Below are positions 51,846 to 64,000 of a stretch of 64,000 nucleotides of DNA, piece by piece. How positions within the stretch are numbered: the stretch's first letter is position 1; each line of letters opens with the position of its first letter. The notes under the pieces were generated by a model. It saw only the letters and a program-made list of their open reading frames with translations, did not search any database and was not told where the DNA came from. The DNA is from Bugula neritina (Eukaryota > Animalia > Bryozoa), in NCBI GenBank assembly GCA_964035545.1, contig OZ037767.1:1561680-1625679 (forward strand), read 5' to 3'. The position numbers and the translations under genes are program-made.

Positions 51846-52849
51846 GTGGAACAACTGCAAGATTTAAAATACAAATACAATGCATATTGATTTTAATTTT
51901 TTAACTTGGCATTTATATAAAAACTGATGCTTTACTTCAACATAGAACCAACATACGGTATTTATAGCCTGTGCTTCATGCTAGCTATTAACTCCTATAT
52001 GCTCTTTGGTATGATACATTATATCTTTATGCTAGCTATTAACTTGTATATGCTCTTTGGTATGATAAATTATCAAATATTCACACATCAATAAAACATA
52101 TTCTCTCAAGAGATAAAAACTGTCACATCTCAGTTATTCTATTTATTTTGAAAAGCAAGAGTCAGCTGCCGGGAGTGTTGCTACGAGTTCTCTAGACGCT
52201 GACTTAAAGAAACCTAGAGCTCTTTAGCTAATTACTGAGGTCATACCTAGGTAAAGTGCAGATGTAGGGTCTATATTTGTTTGCTGAAGAAGTAGATATA
52301 GTTAATACTTGAATATAATAACAATAATGTAATATAGTTGTATAATAATATAATATACTTGCATAATAATAAAATATAGTGATGTGATGTAGCTATAGGT
52401 ATTATGATATAATATAGTTGTATAGTAAAATATGGTTGTAAAATATAATTTAAATATAATAGAATCTGTTTATATAGCTTAATAATATAATAGGCTATAC
52501 AGTAGTTTTATGATTTAATATATTATAGTTATATATATATACATATAATATAATGTAGTTCTATATACATAGTATAGTTATATAATAATATTATATAATG
52601 TAGTTATATAATATAATATAGCTACAAAATATAATATAGTCATATAATATAATGCAGTTATATAATATAATATACCTAGTTATATAACATTATGTAGTTA
52701 TATAATATAATATATTTAAATAATATAACATAGTTATATAATGTCATAAAGCTATATGATATAATGCAGTTATATAACATAATGTAGCTATATAATATAA
52801 TATAGATATAGTTATATAACATATTGATAAAATATTGCTTCTTCAGGAA

Positions 52850-53602
52850 ATGAAGTGCCTGGTAACTCTCTTCCTCATAGCAATGATCTGTGCTGAAAGC
52901 AATGCTCAGCCCTTCTCTATGTTCGGCAGAGGAAATACAGCCGTAAACTCAGTACGACTCAATCCTGAGCAGGTAAACTCTGTACATGTTGATATATCAT
53001 ATACAACCATTCAGTTAGGTGGAAGATAATATAGAGTGCTTGTAGAAGTTGTCTTCACACAAGGGATCACCTCAAACTAGTTACTTATTATTATTGGAAA
53101 CTCCCTAAATGTGCTCACACTATAGAAATACAATTAATCATAATTTCAAGCTATAATATTTCATTTGTTTATTGAATGTATAGAAGAAAACAAATATTGA
53201 ATAATAGTAATAATGTGTATAATTATCTCAAGATCTGCATCTTTAATATCGCCCATCCATCAAATGAATGAAGTCTTCAACACACACTCCCAAGTATTCA
53301 TAACTAAGCAGTATGCTAACCTTCTCAATGAATATTTTTCATGAAGTGTCCAATAGGAAGCCATGGTTTTTGCATCAGCCAATGAGAATTGCCTTTATTT
53401 TAGCTAGACCTGCTGATTTGCTAGATTCATGTTATTGATGCACTATAAAATGCTGTAGGCAGCAGAAAGATGCATCCAGATGGGTATTGAGTACAACTTC
53501 AGCACCCAACAGCTGCTTGACTGCATTAATGCACAAGAACTACCTGGGTCTGATACATTCAATGTGTACAGAAGATGGGGGCCACCCAGACTGCCCGCAT
53601 GA
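52850..53602 (+). CDS. Small secreted protein, candidate neuropeptide precursor, 88 aa; exons 52850-52972 and 53459-53602
   Basis: MKCLVTLFLIAMICAESNA/QPFSMFGRGNTAVNSVRLNPEQ + AAERCIQMGIEYNFSTQQLLDCINAQELPGSDTFNVYRRWGPPRLPA*. Signal peptide, phase-0 GT-AG intron, acceptor at 52846 with an upstream donor at 52251, AATAAA at 53811. Confidence 0.75.
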
Positions 53603-53810
53603 TATCAATTTATTCACATTTTCAAGTTCGAAGGCTACCAACAACTAAGCTGCTATAGAATAGTTTTTCTGTTTTGATGCTTATGATGATGAATTATTAA
53701 TATTGCACTGCATTTACATTGTGTTTACTCATGTCATTTCATTGTTAAAGTTCACATAAATTGGTATTAGAAAGTTGATATTGTAATACAACTGAAATAT
53801 AGATATGCTA

Positions 53811-53845
53811 AATAAATGTAATGTTAGTCAACTTCTTGGTTTATT
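53811..53845. terminator. Convergent poly(A) signals: AATAAA 53811-53816 (+, peptide gene) and 53845-53840 (-, ATP13A1)
   Basis: Canonical hexamers about 210 and 250 nt after the respective stop codons. Confidence 0.5.
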
Positions 53846-54096
53846 GAGAGAAATTCACAAAAGACAAGACATTAGCTGTTGCATAAGCAAATTACTTTCT
53901 GAATGAAATAACAAAGAATCTTATTATATGCACAATCATTCAACAAACTGACAATAAATTAGATCAACTATTGCACAAGTAACTAATTACAAGCTTCCTC
54001 AAAAGTTGCCATCTAGTTTTCCCCTCGACTCAGAAACTTGGGAGATGGCAACTCCGATTTTATTAGTAAGTACGCGTGTAGCCAGCATTTGTTGAC

Positions 54097-57000
54097 TCAG
54101 AGCTTCCAAATAGACTTAGGCTTAGTTCTCTCAAATAAGAACTGACAAACTCTGTCGGCCAGCCACGCCCCGATGAAGTCAACAAATAGCACCATGACCA
54201 GTACGTTACGGAACTGCAAATACACACAAGAACTGAGTCTATTGTGTTGAAAGAGATGAGGCTATTTCCTTTTTTACTATACAACAATAGCTTCGGCTAA
54301 ACTATGCAATTGTAGCAAACTGAGTAAGTAGAGGGAGTAAGTGCGAGGAGTAAGTACGAAGAGTAAGTACACCAAGATAACTTACCTCACTAGGAAAAGG
54401 AACCAGTTCAATATACTCAGCTAGCTCAGGCATCAACCCACTGGCCAGAGAGAATATAACAAAGGTAGAGACTCCTATACTATAAAACAGAAGCTTATTT
54501 TCTCTCAAGCTTTGCATGAATGGCCGTCCCTGTAAGCAGAATAAACCGAATCACACACACAGTAGACACCAAGATATGCCAGTTTCCTGTTACGGCTTAT
54601 ATTACCTTATAGTTGACTGCTACAGTGGACACCTGCAGGCTCATAGATATTAAGTACATGGTTACCTTATAGTTAACTGCTACAGTGGACACCTGCAGGC
54701 TCATAGATATTAGGTACATGGTTACCTTATAGTTGACTGCTACAGTGGACACCTGCAGGCTCATAGATATTAGGTACATGGTTGTATTCAACAGGTCTGG
54801 TGAAAACTTCTTTTCCAAGTCTACAAATTTTTCTTCTCTAAAACACATGAGAGTAAAGATAATTTTACTAAAAACTGAAGTAAGATAGTACATATAAAAC
54901 ATATAAAATGGTCCACAAAAAAGAGCCTAGAAATTGATATGATTATTTATGTTGTACAAATTGAACCAATGTTGATACTTAAAATCACGAAAGTTACAAT
55001 TGACTAACAGTAAAATCCCTTTCATTTCACGACATTGGGACCAAACCCACCTCACCACAACTCACCTGGGAGAAGCCTACCTCACCACTACACTCACCTA
55101 GGAGGCATCCTCGTCTGAGCCTCATTTGCGAGGTATATAAGACTAGCAAAGTGGATGGAGAACTGGAGCACCACTGAGCATATAGTATAGAGATTAAATA
55201 TGTTGGTTAAGGGCCTCTTCTCTGACAGGGTCTTCAATGGCTACAAATTGAACAGTAAACTTCTGCTTCTACATTGCTTCACACGAGTTATGAGTACGTA
55301 ATTCATTGTTACTAGCATCATTACCTCTTATAGAGACTTAAGCTTAAAATCACAACTAAACCAGGTGGCTGTAGATAATGCAGCATGTACAGCAGAGATA
55401 GAGCTACGTAAGATACATGTATTCATCAGTGTACATTTACCTGTGACCTAGTTATAAACAGGAAACAGCCGGCCAGCAAGAGACCTTGAACTGTAGCCTG
55501 TGTATCACTAAACTTGATGCCATCCAGAAAGAGCACACTTTGAGTATAGGCTAAGATGAGAGCATTGAGAGCCAGTATTTTAAACATCTGTAGAGTTGTG
55601 ACAAGAGTGCATCTGCCTTGCTTGATGATGTGACACACTAGAATATATTATTATAGAGGTAAATAGAGAGAGTCTATAGTAAACACATAGAGGTAAATGA
55701 AGAGTATATAGTAAACATATAGAGATCAAGGAAGCAGGTACCTGACTGTATGGTAGAGTACTTAGAGGTAAATGGAGAAGCTATGCTAGCATCTCCCAGT
55801 TTAACCACAGTACTTTCTGCCTCTTCCATTTCCTTCATCATTTTCTCCATCTTTTCCATCCTCTGTCAGACACAAGTGTATACATATGTTACCATGGGAA
55901 CTGACGCGTTACCATAGCAACCATAAGTGACATTTAGCAACATTTCACCAGGTAAACCCCAACACATTCATACAACTAAATGAGGCTTACATTAGCTGAG
56001 TTTCAATATGTTGAAAAGTGGAGACTATAAAACAGATATTTATAATGTGCGGTTACTTAGAATACAAAGTAAGTATATACACTACCTGGTAAGTATATAG
56101 ACTACCTGGTAAGTATATAGACTACCTGGTAAGTATATACACTACCTGGTAAGTATATACACTACCTGGTAAGTATAAACACTACCTGGTAAGTATATAC
56201 ACTACCTGGTAAGTATATAGACTACCTGGTAAGTATATACACTACCTGGTAAGTATATACACTACCTGGTAAGTATATACACTAGCTGGTAAGTATAAAC
56301 ACTACCTGGTAAGTATATACACTACCTGGTAAGTATATAGACTACCTGGTAAGTATATAGACTACCTGGTAAGTATATACACTACCTGGTAAGTATATAC
56401 ACTACATGGTAAGTATAAAAACTACCTGGTAAGTATATACACTACCTGGTAAGTATATACACTACCTGGTAAGTATATATAAAACCTGTACAGTAGTAAA
56501 CACACACACGTACATTAGCAAGCTGATTTGTCTCCCCAGCTCTGGCAGCGGCAGCTCGTCGACTCGGTGCCCGGACAGCAGGTGATGGTTTGATAGCCTT
56601 AGCTGTAGCGCCGTTAGCAGAGAGGGTGTCAGTGGAGGACTCCCCATCCTTAGGAGCCTTTGGTTTGTGGACATGAGGCTTCTTCATAGCGGAGAGTAAG
56701 GCCACACCCACGTGGGCGTGTTTGAGAGCCGCGACGTCATTGGTTCCATCTCCACACATGAGTGTAGTGTAGCCCAGTTCCTGCGTAGAAAGGAGATCTG
56801 ACTCTATCAGATATTTAATGTGAATATTCAAAGCTTTGCATCTATTCACACGGAGATATTAACATCTGCTTTACAAAACAACCCACCATCCAGGGAACAA
56901 GACAACCAAATTTATAATATAGCAAAAAGGAATCTAGCTTTCCCAGCACACAGTAACGTGATAGCTGTTTCATATTTGAATATACGTTTAATATATAAAT

Positions 57001-60000
57001 CACACTGAGTTTACGCTGTCCAAGAGATGAGCTACCTTCTATTGAACGATGAACTTATAAAGATTCCATAATTCATTCCAAATAATATATCAATTGAACA
57101 GCATCACTGCTTAGTATAAGTATGCATATGTATAGCTTATAATATACATATATAAGGTGATATCTACAGCTTATAATATACAGATATAAGGTGATATCTA
57201 CAGCTTATAATATACAGATATAAGGTGATATCTACAGCTTATAATATACAGATATAAGGTGATATCTACAGCTTATAATATACAGATATAAGGTGATATC
57301 TACAGCTTATAATATACATATATAAGGTGATATCTACAGCTTATAATATACAGATATAAGGTGATATCTACAGCTTATAATATACAGATATAAGGTGATA
57401 TCTACAGCTTATAATATAGAGCTATAAAGTGATATATATATAGCTGCAGAACGCACCTTCATAGTGGTGATAACCAACTCCTTCTGTTTAGGTGTAACTC
57501 TGGCAAATACTGCAGTGCAAGGGATAAGTTTCTTAGCCAGTCCGAGGGATTGCAGGTGAGTTAGACCCTGTAACATATGCATATGATATGATATATATGA
57601 TAGTCATAGAGTAATATATACACATTATATGCATATATATGATAGTCATAGAGTAATATATACACACTACATGCATACATATGATAATCATAGAGTAATA
57701 TATACACATTATATGCATATATATGATAGTCATAGAGTAATATATACACATTATATGCATATATATGATAGTCATAGAGTAATATATACACACTACATGC
57801 ATATATATGATAATCATAGAGTAATATATACACATTATATGCATATATATGATAGTCATAGAGTAATATATACACATTATATGCATATATATGATAGTCA
57901 TAGAGTAATATATACACACTACATGCATATATATGATAATCATAGAGTAATATATACACACTACATGCATATATATGATAGTCATAGAGTAATATATACA
58001 CACTACATGCATATATATGATAGTCATAGAGTAATATATACACACTACATGTATACATATGATAATCATAGAGTAATATATACACACTACATGCATACAT
58101 ATGATAGTCATACTGGGTGAACTCAAGTTTCAGTGCAGTTGTTCACTTAATGACTTTACCATAAACCTAGCCTCAGGGAATCACATTGCACCTACGGGGC
58201 GTGCATAATTCATCACAATACGCAGTCAAGGAGAAGAGGATTCAAAAGCTAATCACAATGAAATAGTTCACTGTTCAACCTATACAGTCTATGTTAGAAC
58301 AGAAGTGGACAAACAGACACAATCCACATGATAACCTTGAGATACAACTACTGCATGAAGTAACATGTCTTCTTATAAAACACAGCAGACGTAATAGCAC
58401 CACAAACCTCTCCAGTGATACATAAATCATAGGACTTGAGTTTAGACAGAGTTTCCGTAGAGACATCAAACACCTCTGCACCATCTACCGACTCCCACCT
58501 CCAGCCCTGAGACTTGGAAGGTTCAGTGGTGATGAGGGTGTGGGGTTTCACCGTCATCTTCAACTCCTTCGCTATATGACAGGCCGTCAGCGGGTTATCA
58601 CCGGTTATCATGCATGTCTACAGAGCATAGCAAACAGTAAATAGAATTGATATATCAATACATAGGACTGATATATCAATAAATAGGACTAATATACCAA
58701 TAAATAGGACTAATATACCAATAAATAGGACTGATATACCAATACATAGAACTGATATATCAATACATAGCACCACTGATCATGACCAGCTCTGACACTC
58801 ACATAATGAGAACTCTCTTGTATCTCCTTTATGGCGTGTTTAGAGTCGGGTTTCAGCGGACAGGAGAGGGCAATAAACCCAGCAAACATGAGGTCCTTCT
58901 CCACATCACCTCTACTCAACTCCCTTATCTGCTCAGAGAAGACGAGTCATTTAGTTTTAAACTATTTACAGCTAGAAATATGTGAGCTGCACTTACTTTT
59001 TTATCTTATCTGTTATATCTTTGCTATTGATGTAAGATAAACAAAATATGTAAAATCATTCAAATTTCAAATATTTTAACCTTTTTTATTTATATAGAAT
59101 AAATGAAATAAAAAACGAAACATTTTTTATAGCAGAGTTGACTTAATAAATGAAATAGTATAAAACCTTCAGAGAGATTGCTATATTAACACCAACTCTA
59201 TCAACACAAAAGACAAAGCACTTCTCTCACACTCAGTAGAGTACAAGGTACACACACCTGGGAGTGAGCGAGACGCCCCAGTGGTTTGTATCCCAGGGCT
59301 ATAACTCTGGCACCGCGTCTTGCTAGAGACAGGTAAGTCTTTTCATAGTACGTAGGCAACTCCTTGAACTACAAGTAAACACAATAAGTCTATCCTTGAA
59401 CTACACAAAGTATTTGAATAAAAATAATTTATTGGACTAGATTATAAAATAAACACAATAAACTTCAGACACATAAGAAACTCACTTGAAGCTCTAAATA
59501 AAGCCCTAGGCCCTAGACTAAACAAAGCCCTAGGCCCTAGACTATACAAAGCCCTAGGTCCTAGACTATATAAAGCCCTAGGTCCTAGACTATATAAAGC
59601 CCTAGGCCCTAGACTATATAAAGCCCTAGGCCCTAGACTATATAAAGCCCTAGGCCCTAGACTAAACAAAGCCCTAGGCCCTAGACTATACAAAGCCCTA
59701 GGCGCTAGACTATACAAAGCCCTAGGCCCTAGACTAAATAAAGCCCTAGACCCTAGACTATATAAAGCCCTAGGCCCTAGACTGAGAGACTCACCATGTG
59801 TTGGAGGGTCTCCGGAGCCCCCTTAACAGTCACCAGAATCTCATTCTCAGTAGTCCCCGGGGGCTGGTACCCCGCCACTACACTCATCCTCTTCAGGGCG
59901 CTGGAGAAGTGAAATCTGTGGAAGATCTTCATAGCGTTTGCCTTGACCTTCGTAGACTTGTTGGGACACACCCCATCATCTGAAACGATTGTATCAGTGG

Positions 60001-63000
60001 TTAAACTTACACAGCTTCAAACGTAAAATACAACTAAAATCACAAAGAAATGTCACAAATAATGTTACACAATAAATCATTACACAATCAGTTATATGAA
60101 AAAAATTTTCAATGTAGAAATTCTGAGTCAATGTGATATTAATAAGCAGTATAAATGTTACTGTTGTTGACTTAAAAGTAGATTAGTAAAAGCTTGTTAG
60201 TTTACCTCTTTCATCCTTTTGAGGTGAAACAGCCAGAATGATGAAATAAAATATAATATAATATTATGCTATAATGTAATAATTTAATATACCATATTAT
60301 GTTATAATGTAATATGTTATAATTTAATATACCATATTAGAATATAATATATTGCAATGCACTATAACAATATATAATAATGTAGTATACCCTATTATAA
60401 TAATATAATGTATAATAATATAATGTATAATAATATAATGTATAATAATATAATGTATAATAATATAATGTATAATAATATAATGTATAATAATATAATG
60501 TATAATAATATAATGTATAATAATATAATGTATAATAATATAATACAGAATATACACACTTTTCGTGGGTTTCCAGTTAATAGCCTTGAGAGTTGCCTTC
60601 TCCAGAGGGTCACCTACCAGTTCCCCATCATCCAGCACCACCAGCGCTTGACAACTGGCCAACACCTGAATAGTCTCAACAGGTGCCCTCTCTACACTCT
60701 CCAGTTGGCTGGGATTTTCTCTGATAACAGAAAATCCACAAAAACTCAGTTAAAGAAGATACGTCATCACCTTGTATGACGTCAGACCGGCTATACAGTT
60801 ACCTGGTAATACAGTTACCAGGTAATACTGGTATGTGTTACCAGGTAATACTGGTATGTGTTACCAGGTAATACTGGTATGTGCTACCAAGTAATACTGA
60901 TATGTGCTAACAGGTGGTGAAGGACATACAGTACTTCCAGTTGCTCAGTACTGCATCAAACAAAGCTGCTAGAAGCTACATAATTAATGGCCCCCAGCCA
61001 TTCCGACCCACTCAACTCAGCAGTGCAGTGATTATTCAACTGAAAACTCTGCAGTCATTTGGGAATTCCTTACAGCACAAGAACATTGACTTTTGACTCA
61101 ACATCTAAAGTTGTATGAGCATAATTTAATAAATATATCAATTGAATAAACAATACCCTCCCAGCTGCCTGCCTGGTATGTAAGTACAGCAGTGAGTTAC
61201 TTCTTTAGCTTATGCTTCTATAGAAGTCTAACTTAGCTGCTGTATTTCACAAGTAAATATAAAGGTTACTAGATGTTTTTATTTTGGCTGCTTTAAAAAT
61301 TTTTTAAGATACTTTAACTGTAGTCAAATACTTTGCCTCAATAATTCAACCAATTTTTATTATTATTTCAATAATAACTCAATGATACTCTATTAATATC
61401 TCAATAATATTCTATTAATAACTCAATGATACTCTATTAATAACTCAATGATATTCCATTATTAACTCAATGATTACCCGACTCCTGCAATTCCCTCCAC
61501 AATGAGGTCATCACTGGTGAGAGTGCCAGTCTTGTCAAAGCAGCAGATGTCTATTTTACCAGCGAATGGGATTCTGAATGGCTCAGTGCAGTAAACACCT
61601 AAAGTATTATATTCAGTACAGTAAACACCTAAAGTATTACATTCAGTACAGTAAACACCTAAAGTAATATTAAACACATGGAGTATTGCATCCAGATAAT
61701 GCCAGTGATGATGCAGGCTAGAAAGTATGTTACCATACAGTAGAAGCAAAGAGATGAGTGGCTGAAGAAATGTGATAAACTCCAAAAAGTCTGTCGAGTT
61801 TAGAAGAGTTGGGAGTTGTCAGAGCATGGCATTAAGAAGGAAATAGTAAGGGAATACTCACATAGCTTGACAAGAGCCATGAGAGAAGAGTTGACAGCCA
61901 ATGAGAGTTCAATGGGTAATTCAGGAGGGACAACTGATGTTAATATCAGAGTACACTCCAGGAACAGTTTGTATCTGTTTCTGTTTGGGTCTTCTGTGCC
62001 TACATAGGAAATAATAGCTCTCTCACACAAATGAGTATAGTTGGTGTTGAATTCACAATACAGATCTGGCATATAGCATATAGTCTCATATCTCTATATA
62101 ATATAAAAAAATACCTAAAATGTGAAGAACAAAAACAGAACAGAACTTTCAACTGCTGGGTTTCGTGGCTGAAACATTAGTTGTTCTTGTTCTACCATAC
62201 TTTATACGACATATGCTCAAATTTCTTTTGCAATTTTATTTCCAATTAAAAACATTTGACCTTCACCTTTAATCCAGACGTAGGAGGAAGCAGCTACTGC
62301 AAACACGAGTAAGAAGAGAATGAAGAGGAAGGCCTCCAGGTTGTTAGCCGTGACTCTCTTCACACTGAAGAGGATGGTACGTAGCAGAGTGCCCTGCGAG
62401 GAGTTGAACCCTGTCTTGAGAACATAGCCTATGCAGCCGTTATCTGGAGCTGTGGACACTGCGTAGAGATACAGCAGAAAAAAGTGCTAAACCTTATTAA
62501 ATGTTGTACGTTGTAAATATATACGAGTTGAGATTTTAATCTAAAAATTCAATTCATTTGAAAATAAACTTTCACTAAAAATTAATTTATTATATAATAT
62601 TCTAACATTTCAGCAAAGTTACAAGTTATTATTCGAGTAAAAGAGATTATAACTTAGGACTATTAAAACATCTCTACAGAATAAACAAAGCAAAAATTTA
62701 TCATTAAAGAAAACATACTCTATGATTAAACATGTTGTAGCAATGACTCCTTTACAGAACAATACATGTTAGGAGGTCATGACCTATTATTAGCAGCAAC
62801 AGGTGAAGCCCTCGAGAAAATATAACATTGACTTTAGCAAATCTCATGCGTTGATAAAAATCCTTAGCCAAGAATAACTTCCAACAATGAAGGACAGAGT
62901 AGCTGAGGATATTAAGGGCTAACCTTTGGTGATTGATGTGGCCTTTGGAGGGGGGCTGTGCTGAACTATCCTGGTGCCCCCAAACAACACTCTCAGCTTG

Positions 63001-63814
63001 CTGTCAGACGCTAAGTCTAAGTTATCGTTGGCTGCAACGTATTCAGTTAACAGGAAGCATTAGTAACTCAAACTGAATTTATGTTTTCATATCTGTTATA
63101 AATTCAACTAAGATACTTTAGTGAATTCAATAGTATATATTTACATGTCGCATAAGACAATAAAACACAAACTTGACTGCAATTTTAAACACCAAGCAGC
63201 GTGGAGAGCACAAATCCTATTTTAAATAAATCTTAAAAACCCTCCTGCCTTTTTTTATTGTTTTGAAGTTGAAAAAATTCCTTTCCATATATTATATAGT
63301 AGCAGTATTTATATAAACTCTTACCACAAGCACATAGCTTTTGCTCTAAGCAACGTGTGTTTATATTAAAATATAGCTGAATCATGTTCTAACCAGTTAA
63401 TAGAAACTTCTGAGTTATTTGGGAGTTGCCCACTCAGCATAACGCTTACTCTGTATATAACACAGCTGTTACAGCTGCACATCTACATATTAACATATAA
63501 ACAGCAGAAACAAACTTCTACCTTCCAAATCTTCAACAGACTCCTTCATCACTGGAACGGATTCCCCGGTGAGCATAGACTCGTCTGCTATACACGAACC
63601 TCTCACCAGCAGCACGTCACACGGCACCGGTCTGTCATCCTTACTCCGACCTGCAGGGTAAAGTTCAGCTAGATGTCAGCGCCCGCTCACAATGACTCAT
63701 TCGACAGCAGAAGTAACAACAACTTAGAAGAAAGGAGAACTAACCTATGGAGACCAGGTCACCCGGCAGAAGGTCAATTGTGTTTATAGACATCCACTTC
63801 CTGTTCCTGTATGC
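54097..63814 (-). CDS. ATP13A1: P5A-ATPase ATP13A1/Spf1 (ER TM-helix dislocase), 3' part; 5' end beyond the window. Exons 63814-63745, 63650-63522, 63031-62924, 62449-62267, 61999-61862, 61598-61478, 60720-60560, 59979-59795, 59368-59258, 58928-58803, 58617-58408, 57567-57457, 56780-56514, 55862-55742, 55637-55441, 55240-55098, 54837-54726, 54529-54386, 54213-54097
   Basis: [10 protein letters not shown]5A signature [96 protein letters not shown]; terminal exon ends ...KPKSIWKL*. Confidence 0.96.
54602..54783 (-). repeat. 60-bp triplication spanning an ATP13A1 exon 3' end and its donor
   Basis: Three near-identical units encoding [20 protein letters not shown], with possible exon ends at 54726, 54666 and 54606. 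Confidence 0.95.
56069..56479. repeat. 20-bp intronic minisatellite, about 20 copies (CTACCTGGTAAGTATATACA)
   Basis: Directly visible. Confidence 0.95.
57134..57435. repeat. 34-bp intronic minisatellite, 8-9 copies
   Basis: CAGCTTATAATATACAGATATAAGGTGATATCTA units. Confidence 0.93.
57592..58112. repeat. 39-bp intronic minisatellite, about 13 copies
   Basis: ATGATAGTCATAGAGTAATATATACACACTACATGCATATAT-type units. Confidence 0.93.
59495..59783. repeat. 24-bp intronic minisatellite, about 12 copies (AAAGCCCTAGGCCCTAGACTATAT)
   Basis: Directly visible; starts about 10 nt after the donor at 59794. Confidence 0.93.
60395..60545. repeat. 15-bp AT-rich intronic repeat (TAATAATATAATGTA)
   Basis: Directly visible. 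Confidence 0.9.
60795..60915. repeat. 23-bp intronic minisatellite, about 5 copies (GTGTTACCAGGTAATACTGGTAT)
   Basis: Directly visible. Confidence 0.85.
61583..61666 (-). repeat. 30-bp triplication spanning an ATP13A1 acceptor and exon 5' end
   Basis: TACTTTAG/GTGTTTACTGYACTGA three times; possible exon starts at 61658, 61628 and 61598. Confidence 0.92.
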
Positions 63815-64000
63815 CTGCAGCAGATGTGAAACTCTCCGGAATTATTATTACATGTATATTATTAATAACTATAAGTATGATAATTCCTTTATAATATATT
63901 ACTTGGATTATACAGTATATTGGTTAGACGTTCTATATCTGTGACAAAGCAATGATGACTAATAAGAGACCAACACTGCAGTTACTTGTTGTAGTATACT

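Noticed and set aside
53576-53599. WGPPRL as a pyrokinin (WFGPRL-amide)
   Set aside because: No amidating Gly, followed by PA*, and lacks the Phe; resemblance only.
56069-59783. CRISPR-like arrays
   Set aside because: Head-to-tail repeats without unique spacers, in eukaryotic introns, no cas genes.

Overview
AT-rich, intron-containing animal DNA (GT-AG introns; an invertebrate, probably lophotrochozoan, by inference only). Hand-spliced gene order: NDUFAF7 first coding exon (-, runs off the left edge); TRIT1 tRNA dimethylallyltransferase (+, 8 exons); Otx homeobox (-); EHBP1 (-, 20 coding exons, the CaaX exon lying beyond an 8.45-kb last intron next to Otx, matching the known Otx-Ehbp1 linkage); two tandem paralogues of the torsin-activator LAP1/LULL1 (TOR1AIP) family (+); an 88-aa secreted neuropeptide-precursor-like gene (+); ATP13A1 P5A-ATPase (-, runs off the right edge). 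Non-coding content: a 480-bp solo LTR with ATAT TSD, a TIR-bounded MITE, a 280-bp fold-back element, a tRNA-derived SINE-like copy, and a different minisatellite in many housekeeping-gene introns. Most interesting: (1) the TOR1AIP pair, one copy with a basic SPxK/RS N-terminus and a possible soluble isoform, the other with an acidic Thr/Asp/Gly repeat N-terminus and an extra C-terminal TM helix; (2) the candidate neuropeptide precursor (pQPFSMF-amide); (3) tandem duplications that have multiplied splice sites in frame within ATP13A1. All gene models were built by eye and family calls rest on remembered motifs; no searches were run.
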